DNA of 64,000 nucleotides from a virus. Shown piece by piece: positions 25,854 through 36,471 of this stretch; the stretch's first letter is position 1; each line of letters starts with the position of its first letter. Under the pieces are notes generated by a model. That model ran no database searches. It was given only the letters and a program-made list of their open reading frames with translations, and was not told where the DNA came from. A program made the translations under genes and the position numbers. Location: positions 31,607 to 95,606 of the IMG/VR virus record IMGVR_UViG_3300008216_000009; one strand, 5' to 3'.

Positions 25854-28800
25854 ATGGGAATCTCTCTATCAGGTTTAACTGAATCATCTACTGGAAATCT
25901 GACCATCTCTGCTGGATCAGGTAATGATGTCCTGATTGGGAATGGTTCAACTCAGATTTTTATAGATGGCGGCACTGATACTTTAGGTATTGGTGGCACT
26001 GCGGTATCAGGATCACGCCTTAACATCGAGACTGGGGCGGTTGCCCTAGATTTTATTACTTCTACTGGCACGGCGGTCAATGTGATCGCTGACACTGTCA
26101 ATGATACTAGCGGTGCAGCTACGCTTGCTATTGTTCCTACTGTCCAGATAGGGGTAATGACATATACCTCTACCAACTCTATGACTTATACCGACACAGC
26201 TTCTTTATATATTGCTGGGATTCCCGCTGCTTCCACTAATGTAACGTTCACGAATGCTGCATATGCGCTCTGGGTTGATGCTGGAGCAGTTAGATTTGAT
26301 GATCGCACATTCTGGATCGGTGGCATCGCTTACGAATTTCCCGCAGACAATGGCAATGCAAATGAGATGTTGTTAACTGATGGGAGCGGGAACCTTTCCT
26401 GGTCGTCAGTAGCCAGTGCTTCCGTGGCTACTACGGTAACGGTTACAGACAATGAGGACACAAATGAGAACAATCTGATTCCATTTGTAGCCAACGCAGC
26501 TACTTCTACTGGCAATCATGGACTGGAGATGGATGGAGATTTCACCTACAGTCCCAATACAGGAAGGCTTACTGCTACCCAGCTATCTGGAACCCTGCAA
26601 ACTGCGGCTCAAGGTAATGTTACTAGTCTTGGAACTTTGACTGGGTTGGGTTTATCGGGCGACATTTCACTTGCTGCTGCTGCTATCGTTTGGACGAGTG
26701 GCGCAACTACCGTTGGTAGTGAATATAGTATTCAGCAAGACTCTGCTGGGACTGACCATCTTCAGTTTAATGTGCCAAGTGGTAAGGGATTCAAGTTCTC
26801 CATAAATGCTGTTGAAGAGGTTATTTGGTCTACAGGGGCACTTGCTTTTCAGCAAGCAACGACTCTCAGTACAACGGCAGGTAACTTAACTCTTTCTGCT
26901 GCTACTGGAGCGGATGTACTGATTGGTGATAACGCTACGATTTTATATGTGGATGGTGGTACAGGTACTGTAGGTATTGGAGCAGCAGCCACTGCGATCA
27001 ATCAGGTAAAGATTGCAAGTGCACTTGAAACTGCAGACAGCAATATGCTCTACGCCTATAGGAGTTACACGGACGCTACCAATAACACCATTCAGGGCAT
27101 TAGGGTAGAGCAACAGAGAGGTAGAACCAGTGCAGCCTTTACAGGCAGTTCTCTTGGTATAAAAGTCACCAATCAGTTAGCGGATGGCAACAGGCAAGCA
27201 TGGACTAGAGCGGTTGGTGGTTTAGTTGGCGTTGATGTGTTGTTGGGTTCTGGTGGCGCAAACGCTACAGGTACTGTGACGGCAGCGGTAGGATTTAACT
27301 CCTATATTACGATGGCTGGCTATGGTGCTAATGCGACTACCACCAATTATATAGGCTTTAGGGACGCTGGCTTGGGTAATGGGACAACTACCAATAGGTA
27401 TGGTTTTTATGTAGCCGAAACTTCTGGAACAGTTACCAACAATTACGGACTTTATGTAGAAGAATTAACTCAAGGTAGCTCCCTAGACTATTCTATCTAT
27501 ACCGCTGGTGCTACGCCAAGCTATTTTGGTGGCAATGTAACTCTAGCTGGCAGTAGTAATAACAACACTGTCTTAGATATACAGGTTCCCGGTACTGGTG
27601 ATCCGACAATAACCTTTACTGGTGCTGGTACTTCAGTTGATTGGCATATAGGTGTTGATAACAGTCATGCTAGCGAGGGTTTATATCTTGGTAAGGGAAC
27701 TGCGGTTGGAACTGATGCTTATATAAGACTTGATGGAAGATACTCTGCTGGGAGTTTCCTAATAGGGTTGGCCCATGACCCTGCCGCTATCACTTTAGCT
27801 GAAGCATCTAATTCTCGTCTATATATGACATACATTGCGGGAAATACCGTAAGGTTCACTGGCGGCACACAGATGACTTCAGTAGACGGGTCTACTCTTT
27901 ATGTAGATGCACCCAGTCTTGTAAGTGGAAATAATGCTGCCATAACAATAGATGCATATAACACTATCTATACAAAAACTCCTCGTGAAAATGATGGTTA
28001 CGTTGCCCTCACTACTGCCGCAGCAATAAGAATTTCTGATGGCGGCAATGCTAGTCATCCCGCTGCAAATAACATTGGTTTATATGTAGAAAGTTTAACT
28101 ACTGGTACTAATGATTATAGTGTTTATACTGCTGGTACTACACCAAGTAATTTTGGTGGGGCCATCCACGCTGACGGTGCTATAACTGGTGCTAGTTCAT
28201 TGGATATTGCTGGTAGGGCTGCTATCGGTTCTGGCGCAAGCGTTGGAGCAACTACTGGGCTGCATGTCAACGAGCAACAGACAGACCCTGCTGGCCTTGT
28301 AGGAACCATCTCGTACATTATTCCCACACTGTCTTCTGGAGCGAGTGCGAATATCTTTCAAGGCTTCCGTGTAGTCAACGATCTACGTGGTAACCAGAAC
28401 TATACAGAGACAGAGAATGGGGCGCAGACAGGGAATGCTGGCATCAGCATAGATATGATTAATCGGGCTACTGCCACTGTCACTGAAATGTTCGGAGTGA
28501 CTGCCCATATCAGGAAATTTTCAACTGGAGCGGTGACAACCGCAGCAGCTTACAAGGTCGGAACTTGGGGAAACTTCAACTCAACTAATGCCATTACTAC
28601 TTTAAGCGGATTGCATGTTACCAACCCGACTGCGACAGGAGGGATAACTACCCTCTATGGTATCAAGATAGATGACCTGACGACTGCTGGTACGGAGTGG
28701 TCAGTCTACACTGGTTCAGCCCCAAGTTATTTTGGTGGGTCGGTTACTGCAACTAGCACGATTTCCCATACCGGGGCATCCCACAACCACGAACTCGATG

Positions 28801-30425
28801 GTAGCGGCGGCTCTGTCTCGCATCTAATCTCAAACACCGGGACGGCTGCGAATGATGTGGCGTATCTGGAGTTAAAGACCGCAGGGGTTACTCACGGGAC
28901 ATATACGGCTCCACATGTTCGCTTTACCACTGGCGCAGGGGCATCACCACATAATTGGTACACAGGCACTGACCTGACGCAGTACGAAGCTGACACGTTC
29001 CATATCGGGACTGGCACTACCGTTGGGAGCAATGCGAGGGTTTCCATCAGTAGCCAGAATGGTCGTAATGTACCGGGGTTCCGAATAGACCCAACAGACT
29101 GGACTTCTAGCGGGACGACCAGCGATGTGGGTGGGTACACGTTCAGAACTCTGGCGCATAACATCACTTGGAGCAGCGACCCAGGTGATAACAATGGGGC
29201 GAAGTGGCAGATTAACTCGATGGCGGGCGGGACGATGGTGAACAGTTCCTCCGCTCAGACGTTTGGTTCGGCGATGGGAGCGACTACACTTCACGTCACC
29301 CCGCCTTCGGCTGGTTCTAACATCACGTTCACCCACGCTTCGGGTATCAATATCGCCAACGTCGCATCGGCAGGGACGACCACGAATCTGTACGGCATAT
29401 ATATTGATGACCTGAGTGGCGGTGCCACTAACTATGCTATTTATACCGCTGGGAGTGATGCCGTTAGTCTTGGTGGTGTCGTAACTATTCGTGGTAGTCA
29501 ATCGTACCTTGAAGTTTTGGAGGCTCCTCAAAATAATGGTGTAACCATAAAAGGGAACGCTAATCCAGCCTTGCTTATTCAAGAAGACAGTCAAGAACAG
29601 TGGATACTCTATGGTGCTGGTAGTGGGTTATATTTGAAGCGGGATGGGACTATACAGTGGGCTTTCTTTGCAGATGGTGACATGCACCCCTACGGTCATA
29701 TAAGGATGAAAAATAGTAAAGCTATTTATGATGTAGGAGCTAGTGGTAACAACTGGACGGCAAATGCTCTGACTATTACAGGTACATATAACGGTGAACA
29801 GAGTCTCCAGGTTTGGAATACGGATAATGATGTGTCACACACAACCTCTCATTCACTGCTGTATCTGGTGACTTTTGGGTCAGGCGACTCTAAAATTAAA
29901 TACGCCACTGGGGTCAATTTTTCACATGGAATTGACCATAGCGAAAGCCGTTGGGTGCTGTCTCGTGGTCATGCTCTTGGCAGCACTGATGTCATGCGTG
30001 TTACTACTGCCGGGGCAACTACATTCGACTCCGTAGGTTCAGAGTTTACCCCTGACTATGTTTGTGATAGTTGTGGCAGGGCCGAGATAGAATCCTTTGA
30101 GTGCTGTGGCACAGTAGCATGGCATGATGATGTTCTGGCCCTCAGAGAGATGAAACTTAGCCAATCAGGTATTGACCATATGGCTAAACTTGGTGTCCTT
30201 GAGATTGATGGCCCCGATGATGCAGACCCCGGCTGGACGGGCATCAACTATCAGAAGGCGCAGTACTTCACTTGGGCTGGCATGTACCAGAACCGCCAGC
30301 GGATGGATGCTCAGTACGATGAACACGAAAGTCGTTTTGGTGAAAAAATACGGAAATTAGAAACCCTTCTCAAAAAGATGCTGGGTGAAAAAGAATATAC
30401 CTTACTCATGGATCAGATTGAGTAG
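25854..30425 (+). CDS. second fibre / receptor-binding protein (1523 aa) with C-terminal chaperone-like domain
   Basis: Repeated N.GLY.E.L..G..DYS.YTAG..PSYFGG elements; C-terminal helical/coiled-coil domain. Confidence 0.85.
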   Translation: MGISLSGLTESSTGNLTISAGSGNDVLIGNGSTQIFIDGGTDTLGIGGTAVSGSRLNIETGAVALDFITSTGTAVNVIADTVNDTSGAATLAIVPTVQIGVMTYTSTNSMTYTDTASLYIAGIPAASTNVTFTNAAYALWVDAGAVRFDDRTFWIGGIAYEFPADNGNANEMLLTDGSGNLSWSSVASASVATTVTVTDNEDTNENNLIPFVANAATSTGNHGLEMDGDFTYSPNTGRLTATQLSGTLQTAAQGNVTSLGTLTGLGLSGDISLAAAAIVWTSGATTVGSEYSIQQDSAGTDHLQFNVPSGKGFKFSINAVEEVIWSTGALAFQQATTLSTTAGNLTLSAATGADVLIGDNATILYVDGGTGTVGIGAAATAINQVKIASALETADSNMLYAYRSYTDATNNTIQGIRVEQQRGRTSAAFTGSSLGIKVTNQLADGNRQAWTRAVGGLVGVDVLLGSGGANATGTVTAAVGFNSYITMAGYGANATTTNYIGFRDAGLGNGTTTNRYGFYVAETSGTVTNNYGLYVEELTQGSSLDYSIYTAGATPSYFGGNVTLAGSSNNNTVLDIQVPGTGDPTITFTGAGTSVDWHIGVDNSHASEGLYLGKGTAVGTDAYIRLDGRYSAGSFLIGLAHDPAAITLAEASNSRLYMTYIAGNTVRFTGGTQMTSVDGSTLYVDAPSLVSGNNAAITIDAYNTIYTKTPRENDGYVALTTAAAIRISDGGNASHPAANNIGLYVESLTTGTNDYSVYTAGTTPSNFGGAIHADGAITGASSLDIAGRAAIGSGASVGATTGLHVNEQQTDPAGLVGTISYIIPTLSSGASANIFQGFRVVNDLRGNQNYTETENGAQTGNAGISIDMINRATATVTEMFGVTAHIRKFSTGAVTTAAAYKVGTWGNFNSTNAITTLSGLHVTNPTATGGITTLYGIKIDDLTTAGTEWSVYTGSAPSYFGGSVTATSTISHTGASHNHELDGSGGSVSHLISNTGTAANDVAYLELKTAGVTHGTYTAPHVRFTTGAGASPHNWYTGTDLTQYEADTFHIGTGTTVGSNARVSISSQNGRNVPGFRIDPTDWTSSGTTSDVGGYTFRTLAHNITWSSDPGDNNGAKWQINSMAGGTMVNSSSAQTFGSAMGATTLHVTPPSAGSNITFTHASGINIANVASAGTTTNLYGIYIDDLSGGATNYAIYTAGSDAVSLGGVVTIRGSQSYLEVLEAPQNNGVTIKGNANPALLIQEDSQEQWILYGAGSGLYLKRDGTIQWAFFADGDMHPYGHIRMKNSKAIYDVGASGNNWTANALTITGTYNGEQSLQVWNTDNDVSHTTSHSLLYLVTFGSGDSKIKYATGVNFSHGIDHSESRWVLSRGHALGSTDVMRVTTAGATTFDSVGSEFTPDYVCDSCGRAEIESFECCGTVAWHDDVLALREMKLSQSGIDHMAKLGVLEIDGPDDADPGWTGINYQKAQYFTWAGMYQNRQRMDAQYDEHESRFGEKIRKLETLLKKMLGEKEYTLLMDQIE

Positions 30426-30452
30426 AGAATAATTTATTTAAAGGAGGTTAAG

Positions 30453-30650
30453 ATGACAAACGATGAAGCATTAGAGATATTAAGGATTAAAGTAAATGCG
30501 GTAAATGACGCAATTAATGATATTAATAAATATAGAGCAGAATCAGTTAGCTGGCTTAATGATTATAAGACTACTGTTAAGGATTTAGTTAAAGCAAATG
30601 CAGTTACTGTAGGGGCTAACCTTTCTGCGTGGGAAGGGTTGGATAGCTAA
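30453..30650 (+). CDS. hypothetical protein
   Basis: Strong SD AAGGAGG; helical 65 aa. Confidence 0.7.
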   Translation: MTNDEALEILRIKVNAVNDAINDINKYRAESVSWLNDYKTTVKDLVKANAVTVGANLSAWEGLDS

Positions 30651-30690
30651 AAGGTAGTAAAATAATATGATAGGGGAGATGTAACTTTTT

Positions 30691-31188
30691 ATGTCTGATG
30701 TACATAATGAGGATATGATTCTTAGTTTGAACACCGCTCTTTCTAGTGTGAGAGAGGCATTGGATACAACTGTTAAAATTGAGCAAGATCCTAGTATGTC
30801 TACGAGTGATCGTAATTCCAATGTAGTTATAGTGAAAGCTGCCGTCGCCAATGCGATAAGTACTTTACAGAACTGTGGCAGTGAGAACTTTTTAGGTACT
30901 GCATCTCCCGATCCTCAGGTCACAACGCTCAATGTGATTGGGGCGGGTACTTTTGTGGCAGGTTCCGGTGATGTTAATTTACTTGCTGCGGCTGACTTTA
31001 TGGATCATAATGGGGTTGTTACCGCCACTTCCGAAGAGGTGACCGTGGTTTGGGCTAGTTCGGATAGCAGTATAGGTCCTGTAAATTCATCTAGTGGTAT
31101 TTTTACTCCGTTAGCTCCAGGAAATATCACAATCTCTGCTAGATATGTTAATGGAGCAGTCGCTAGTGTTCCGATGATTGTTACATAA
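30691..31188 (+). CDS. Ig-like (Big_2) domain protein
   Basis: VVWASSDSSIGPVNSSSGIFTPLAPGNITISARY matches Big_2 W.SSD..vA.V..G.vt....G.a.Ita. Confidence 0.8.
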   Translation: MSDVHNEDMILSLNTALSSVREALDTTVKIEQDPSMSTSDRNSNVVIVKAAVANAISTLQNCGSENFLGTASPDPQVTTLNVIGAGTFVAGSGDVNLLAAADFMDHNGVVTATSEEVTVVWASSDSSIGPVNSSSGIFTPLAPGNITISARYVNGAVASVPMIVT

Positions 31189-31250
31189 GATGAAGTATAA
31201 TGTTGTTAGGTTAGGGACGGAATTATTTTATAAAGGTTGGAGGTAAGGAC

Positions 31251-31829
31251 ATGGTTACGGGAAAAGCAGATATAAATGTAGTGTCGGATGATGAGGATAG
31301 GGGGCCATTGGTAGAGGATGAGGATTTTGCTGCAGCGAAAGCTTCTATAGAAGAGAAGGCAGAGAGTCTTGGTGACAGTCCTGAAGATGTACTGGCCTTT
31401 TTAGAGGCCGATGAGGATGAGGAATCAGAGGAGTCGTATTACGATTCACGTGTCCCTATTGCTAGGGATATACGTCCTGTGATTGCGGCATGGCATGAGT
31501 ATAAGAATGCTATGGCGCAGGTCAAGACAACTTATAAGTTGTGGAAAATAGAAGCTAATGATCTTGGTGGAGAAAGTGATCAGCGTCGAGATGCAATAGT
31601 ACAGAATGCCGCTAGGATTAAAAGGGCTTTGGATGTTATTGAAAAAGAACTTAAGGAAGTATTCCCTAAGCTAAAAGGAGCCGCTTTTTTGACCCGTTCT
31701 GAAATCATAGTTTTGCCTAGGTGGATGCATAAATTGTTAGGAATAACTATTGAAGCCAGTGCCGATGAACGTGAATCGGCCCAGGCAGACCTACAAAAAC
31801 AATTGGATGGAGCAAACGAAGCAGAATGA
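31251..31829 (+). CDS. hypothetical acidic/helical protein
   Basis: SD GGAGG; ATGA overlap with the next gene. Confidence 0.7.
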   Translation: MVTGKADINVVSDDEDRGPLVEDEDFAAAKASIEEKAESLGDSPEDVLAFLEADEDEESEESYYDSRVPIARDIRPVIAAWHEYKNAMAQVKTTYKLWKIEANDLGGESDQRRDAIVQNAARIKRALDVIEKELKEVFPKLKGAAFLTRSEIIVLPRWMHKLLGITIEASADERESAQADLQKQLDGANEAE

Positions 31830-32938
31830 TACCCTGGGATTCAATATATCTGTGGGATAGCAGCGCAAATGCGTATGTTGATTTAGAGTTTTCAGCGTCG
31901 GATATTCCCGGCACTGCTACTGAAATCATGGGGCAGACTACGGATAAAATTTATCTGGGTCTGGACAGAAAGTTTCCCGCAGCTTTCTTTGAGCTAGATA
32001 CTCTGGGTTCGTATAACGATACTCCTGATTATGAGTATTACAATGGATCTGCCTGGGCCAATCTTCCTTTACTTAAGACCTATGCGTTTGATGCGGATGG
32101 CGTAGTGCAGTGGAGAATGCCCAGTAATTGGTCAACTGTTCTTTTAGCTGGAATAGAGAATACAAATACTAACCTAAAATCAGGTTCTACTGGGGATACG
32201 ACAAGTGGTACTGCTCGTTATTGGATTCGAGTAAGTGTTTCAACTGTAACAACTGCAGCTACTTTGTCTAGATCGTATCCTTTTCCCTCGTATGCTTATA
32301 CTACTCCCACACTAATTTCTCAGTTTCTGCAATTACGGACTGATTTCTCAGCTACTACTTCGCCATCTAAAGCAGAAGTGGAGTCCTTGATACAGAGAAA
32401 TGAGAGTCGCATAGACAGGTACTCAACGAGTTCATGGAAACCTAACTATAGGCACGAAGAGTTGTATGAGTTCAGTAGGTACGGACTTGTATTGAAGCGA
32501 CAACCTGTACTCAAGTTCCTTGAATTAGCTGTTTGGGATGGATCTAAGTACAATGTTCTTACAGAAGGTAGGACCAGTGACTACTTCGTTGATCCCCAGA
32601 CAGGTATTGTTCCACTAACTAGATTATTATCTATTCCTTTTACCTACACTAGAAGTGCAATCTACACTTGGGGATTTGGTGAGTTCAAGAGGGCTATAAG
32701 ATGCAGTTATATATGGGGCACCGATACTGACGACAGTATGTACAACGTGGGTTACGGTCAGGTGGAAGATATTACGACAAAGTTTGTTGCGGCAGACATA
32801 ATAACTAATTATGACTATACGACTCTCATACCTCAGGGTACTGACAGGTATTCGTTAGAGCAGAAAGTTAGTCAATGGCGTGAATCCTCTGAGGAACGTT
32901 TAGAGGAGCTACGCAAGGTCAGGGTTTGGGTCCCATGA
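31826..32938 (+). CDS. head-tail adaptor (gp6/gp15-like) with extra N-terminal beta domain
   Basis: YTTP...FS.TT.PS..EVE.LI...E.RID.Y...W, E.Y, P.L....L, Y..D...G, Y.WG pattern; position before tail genes. Confidence 0.7.
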   Translation: MIPWDSIYLWDSSANAYVDLEFSASDIPGTATEIMGQTTDKIYLGLDRKFPAAFFELDTLGSYNDTPDYEYYNGSAWANLPLLKTYAFDADGVVQWRMPSNWSTVLLAGIENTNTNLKSGSTGDTTSGTARYWIRVSVSTVTTAATLSRSYPFPSYAYTTPTLISQFLQLRTDFSATTSPSKAEVESLIQRNESRIDRYSTSSWKPNYRHEELYEFSRYGLVLKRQPVLKFLELAVWDGSKYNVLTEGRTSDYFVDPQTGIVPLTRLLSIPFTYTRSAIYTWGFGEFKRAIRCSYIWGTDTDDSMYNVGYGQVEDITTKFVAADIITNYDYTTLIPQGTDRYSLEQKVSQWRESSEERLEELRKVRVWVP

Positions 32939-33873
32939 CTACTCTTACGTATACTCCCCGGGGATTTCCTACCGAGTTACTCAAGAATTTAGTGAGTACT
33001 TATTGGGATACTCGTGGCGGCAATATTACAAAACCTACCATCATTGAAAAACCACCTCCTGATTACCAGAGGGCGGACCTTAGAAATGATGGAGACCATC
33101 TTTTGGTTTCTTTGGAGGGGCAGTCTACTGAATATATAAGTCTTGCTTTTCAGCATGTAGCAAGAACCATAAATCTTGATGTTCAATTCAATGTTTTTAC
33201 ATCTCGTCAACGATTTTATGATTATGTTGACGAGGTCCAACGTATTATCTTTGCTAAACAGTTTGACCCGACTGATTATCTATTGGATGGATTCGAGTCT
33301 TATGCAAATACAGCGGCAGCACAGGCTGTTTGGGGGGATACCACAACCAATTCCACAATATCTCTTTTAACTAGTGCTAGAAAATACGGTACTAATTCAA
33401 TGAGAGTAGTCGTAGGATCTGGTGGTAATGGGGAAGCTTACAGGGCACTGCCTACAGATGTTCCAAATCCCTATCCAAGAAGATTGCAACAAATAAGATT
33501 TTTCGGTAAGATTGATTCATCGTCAGATGTTATAGGTGTGACACTTAGACAGTCCACGAACAGGGGCAGTTTGTATCGAACATGGAATACGACTATCGAT
33601 ACTACAACTTTTAAGCAGTATGTCATAAATATAGATACAACTGCAGATGCGTCGGCGGGTACATGGGATCCTACGGTCATAGATGAAATTGCTTTTACGG
33701 GCTTAGCAGCGAACAGGACTTTTGATATAGATCATGTAGATTTGGCTACTAATGAGTTCCAGTTTTTACAATTTAATAGCTATAAAGAAAATGTTGATAC
33801 CTTTAACTATTTCTCAGGTAATGTAAAATGTGCCTATCGGAGCCACGGGGATCCCGTGGATAAGTTGGAATAA
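32926..33873 (+). CDS. neck/tail-terminator-like protein with inserted CBM-like domain
   Basis: Synteny; internal LLDGFESY...W...G.NSMRV...DIDHVDL CBM-like segment. Start probably ATG 32935. Confidence 0.55.
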   Translation: MGPMTTLTYTPRGFPTELLKNLVSTYWDTRGGNITKPTIIEKPPPDYQRADLRNDGDHLLVSLEGQSTEYISLAFQHVARTINLDVQFNVFTSRQRFYDYVDEVQRIIFAKQFDPTDYLLDGFESYANTAAAQAVWGDTTTNSTISLLTSARKYGTNSMRVVVGSGGNGEAYRALPTDVPNPYPRRLQQIRFFGKIDSSSDVIGVTLRQSTNRGSLYRTWNTTIDTTTFKQYVINIDTTADASAGTWDPTVIDEIAFTGLAANRTFDIDHVDLATNEFQFLQFNSYKENVDTFNYFSGNVKCAYRSHGDPVDKLE

Positions 33874-34400
33874 TGCCAAGTACCTTAAAAGTTGACCTAG
33901 CTAAAGATGCGGTAGAGCATACGATATCTAAAATTACTCGCAGTGTGTCCGAGATGATAGCTCCTCAGTTGGAGGACCAACTTGAAGAAGTAGCTAACGA
34001 AAAAATATGGGCGCATCCTCAGATCAAGGATAATAATATTCCTTCAACCAGTTTGGCTGCATCTGTGTTTTACGACATAAATCCTGATGGTAATATTAAA
34101 TTGACTTTAACTATTCTCAATGATGAGATTGAGGGTACAAAAGATATTGAAGTGGATGAATATACTAGACATCAAGTTACTAAGGATCCTAAAGAGGTGG
34201 CTCTTGTTAGATCAACTACTGGCAGCTTTGAACCCAAAGGTGAGGGAAAAGTTTCCAGACATAAGAGAAGTTTGGTGAATAAGAGACATTTTCAATTAAA
34301 AGACGGGTCGTGGATCACTAGTTCAAGAGTTCCTGCTGAAATATTAAGTGAAGTAGTTGAAGAAACTCTCAAAGAAATCCTCGGAGGGGAGTCTAAATAA
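33873..34400 (+). CDS. putative tail completion protein
   Basis: Synteny between neck and tail tube genes; translationally coupled. Confidence 0.45.
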   Translation: MPSTLKVDLAKDAVEHTISKITRSVSEMIAPQLEDQLEEVANEKIWAHPQIKDNNIPSTSLAASVFYDINPDGNIKLTLTILNDEIEGTKDIEVDEYTRHQVTKDPKEVALVRSTTGSFEPKGEGKVSRHKRSLVNKRHFQLKDGSWITSSRVPAEILSEVVEETLKEILGGESK

Positions 34401-36112
34401 TGCCACAAGGAAGATTTAGAGCAGATCTGGTCGATATAGGATGGGCACCAGAACATACATATGGAGTGAACCCACCCACTAGTGAATTGAGCACGGATGA
34501 TGCTGGAGTATCAGCAAAAGCTCTATTCCGTCAATGGGGAATAGTTAATGGTGGTGTTAATCTTCCTAACCCCTCCTTTGCATGGACTCCGTTCTTTGGT
34601 ATCGGTGTTGATAATAGGAATATGTTATTCCCGATCCAGGGTCAAGAGACTTTGGAGGGGGGAATTCCGTCTGCCATGCTTTGCCACGATTCGAGTCGAA
34701 TGGCATTCGAGCAGATGTATGGGTTGATTTTCAATGCTTGGAATGCCGCTCTTACGACTCCTGTCGTAGTAACGTCTACTACTGCTACATGGGCCGATGC
34801 TACTGCTACAACAGGTATTTCTTCGGGAGTCCATCATATCACTTTCGCTTCCCCCACTACTCCCAGTGGCGGTAGCCTGTCATTAATAAATTTTGACGAA
34901 ATGGGGCCACCGTTTGGGGGCACAAGAACCCAGGTTCAGTCAGATCCTCCTACCCACATAATTTTGGTTGGAAGTGCGGGAGAGGCTCCCAATCCCTGGG
35001 ATTCCACGTGGGCGTATATAGGGGCCGACGCTGGATCAACCGGAAAAGTAAATGTTTATCAGGATAGGGATCTAGCAATTTCTGGCTGGAATGGAAAAGC
35101 ACCTACAGGTGGAGCGGCTACTAGGTATTCTGTTCATAGTGTAGAACGGGATGCGGGGGCAGCAGAGAAAGCAGACGGTATTTTCAGGGGAACACATGCC
35201 ACTGATCCTAAGACGGTTTACGTGCGTCCCACTCTAGTTCAGCCTTCGTTCGTACTTGGGGCTAAATTCCGGGCAGATGATGGTAGTAACTTCATAACTA
35301 ACTATTCGGGTTGCAAGGTTTCTAGGTTCACCATTTCTATGGATGAGGGTGCTCCAGTTACCTTTAACTACGATTTCATTGCTCAGGATATGAAACATAA
35401 CATTGGTGAGGATGACGGTACTGGTTCTGCTACGGATGTAGCTCGTTACCTTGTAAAGGGTACTGGAGCAGCCAATACTCTGGATATTCAACCAATGAGA
35501 CTCTCACGGGTTGTTGAGCAGCCCTATTTCTTCACTGGGGCTGAGATTAAGCTACATGGCACCGCCTTTGCTAGGCTCAGGAGCTTCAGCATATCGGTAG
35601 ATAATGCGCTTGATCCTAGGTATTACGTAACACAGAATGCGGGGGCTTCAGGTACTCTCCATGATAGGCAGATTCTCTATGAGATCCTTGAAGGCAGGAG
35701 AACTATTACGATATCTGGTTCTGTTGACATGGATAACACGGGTAGTGTTACTGCTGGAGGGACGGCTGGTCGCCCCACAGATGCTAAATTACTACAGTAT
35801 GTCTTGAATCAGGGCTTTATGGACGCTGATCAGAGGGATATGCAAGCCTTGAAGGGCATATCAATTGAAGTAGAGCTTAGGAAGATAAAGGATTCTTCAA
35901 CTGCTGCTTCTACAGGGCACGATAAGATACTTCTCACCCTTCCAGATCCAGGTACAGTCTCTGCAAATGAGGGTCAGACTTATGGGGTTGGATTGTATCT
36001 AAACAGTGCTGGGCACGCTATTCCGGCTCCGCCTTCTGTCCATATACCCGTAGATTTTGATGGTCAAGCAGCCAGTATGGGTATACAGTTTTTAGACAAT
36101 GCAGCTTCCTAG
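34400..36112 (+). CDS. major tail tube protein
   Basis: E.TYGV.P N-terminus, Y.GCKV..F.I...EG.PV, PYFF, RSFSISVDN.L.PRYY, EGRR.IT.S; lies upstream of chaperones and TMP; no sheath gene seen. Confidence 0.8.
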   Translation: MPQGRFRADLVDIGWAPEHTYGVNPPTSELSTDDAGVSAKALFRQWGIVNGGVNLPNPSFAWTPFFGIGVDNRNMLFPIQGQETLEGGIPSAMLCHDSSRMAFEQMYGLIFNAWNAALTTPVVVTSTTATWADATATTGISSGVHHITFASPTTPSGGSLSLINFDEMGPPFGGTRTQVQSDPPTHIILVGSAGEAPNPWDSTWAYIGADAGSTGKVNVYQDRDLAISGWNGKAPTGGAATRYSVHSVERDAGAAEKADGIFRGTHATDPKTVYVRPTLVQPSFVLGAKFRADDGSNFITNYSGCKVSRFTISMDEGAPVTFNYDFIAQDMKHNIGEDDGTGSATDVARYLVKGTGAANTLDIQPMRLSRVVEQPYFFTGAEIKLHGTAFARLRSFSISVDNALDPRYYVTQNAGASGTLHDRQILYEILEGRRTITISGSVDMDNTGSVTAGGTAGRPTDAKLLQYVLNQGFMDADQRDMQALKGISIEVELRKIKDSSTAASTGHDKILLTLPDPGTVSANEGQTYGVGLYLNSAGHAIPAPPSVHIPVDFDGQAASMGIQFLDNAAS

Positions 36113-36125
36113 AGGGAGGGTTTAA

Positions 36126-36419
36126 ATGGTTACTGAAGATACTACTACTTCTACGGAACAACCTGTAGAAGAAGAAAAGGTTTCTAAGAAGTCGAAATCT
36201 AAGAAGTCTAAGTATGACTTTACAGAGAGTGATGTGGACAACATTACGAATATGCGTGTTCATATCGTTCGAGTCAAAGAGACTGACGATGATGGGAATA
36301 GGGCGTGGAAAGAATATAAAGTAGCGGCTACTGGAGAGAAGGCTGCTCTTAAACTTATCGGTCACAATAACTACGATCCATTCAATACGACTGATGGAGG
36401 TAGTTACGAAGACGAGTAG
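36126..36419 (+). CDS. hypothetical protein
   Basis: SD GGAGG; charged 97 aa. Confidence 0.7.
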   Translation: MVTEDTTTSTEQPVEEEKVSKKSKSKKSKYDFTESDVDNITNMRVHIVRVKETDDDGNRAWKEYKVAATGEKAALKLIGHNNYDPFNTTDGGSYEDE

Positions 36420-36471
36420 GGTTTAAAATTTACCCAGTTTTGTACTGGGAAGGTTTAGGAGAGGTGAAGGT

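Noticed and set aside
18657-30425. Diversity-generating retroelement or invertible tail-fibre cassette
   Set aside because: No reverse transcriptase or invertase, and repeat differences are synonymous rather than adenine-specific.
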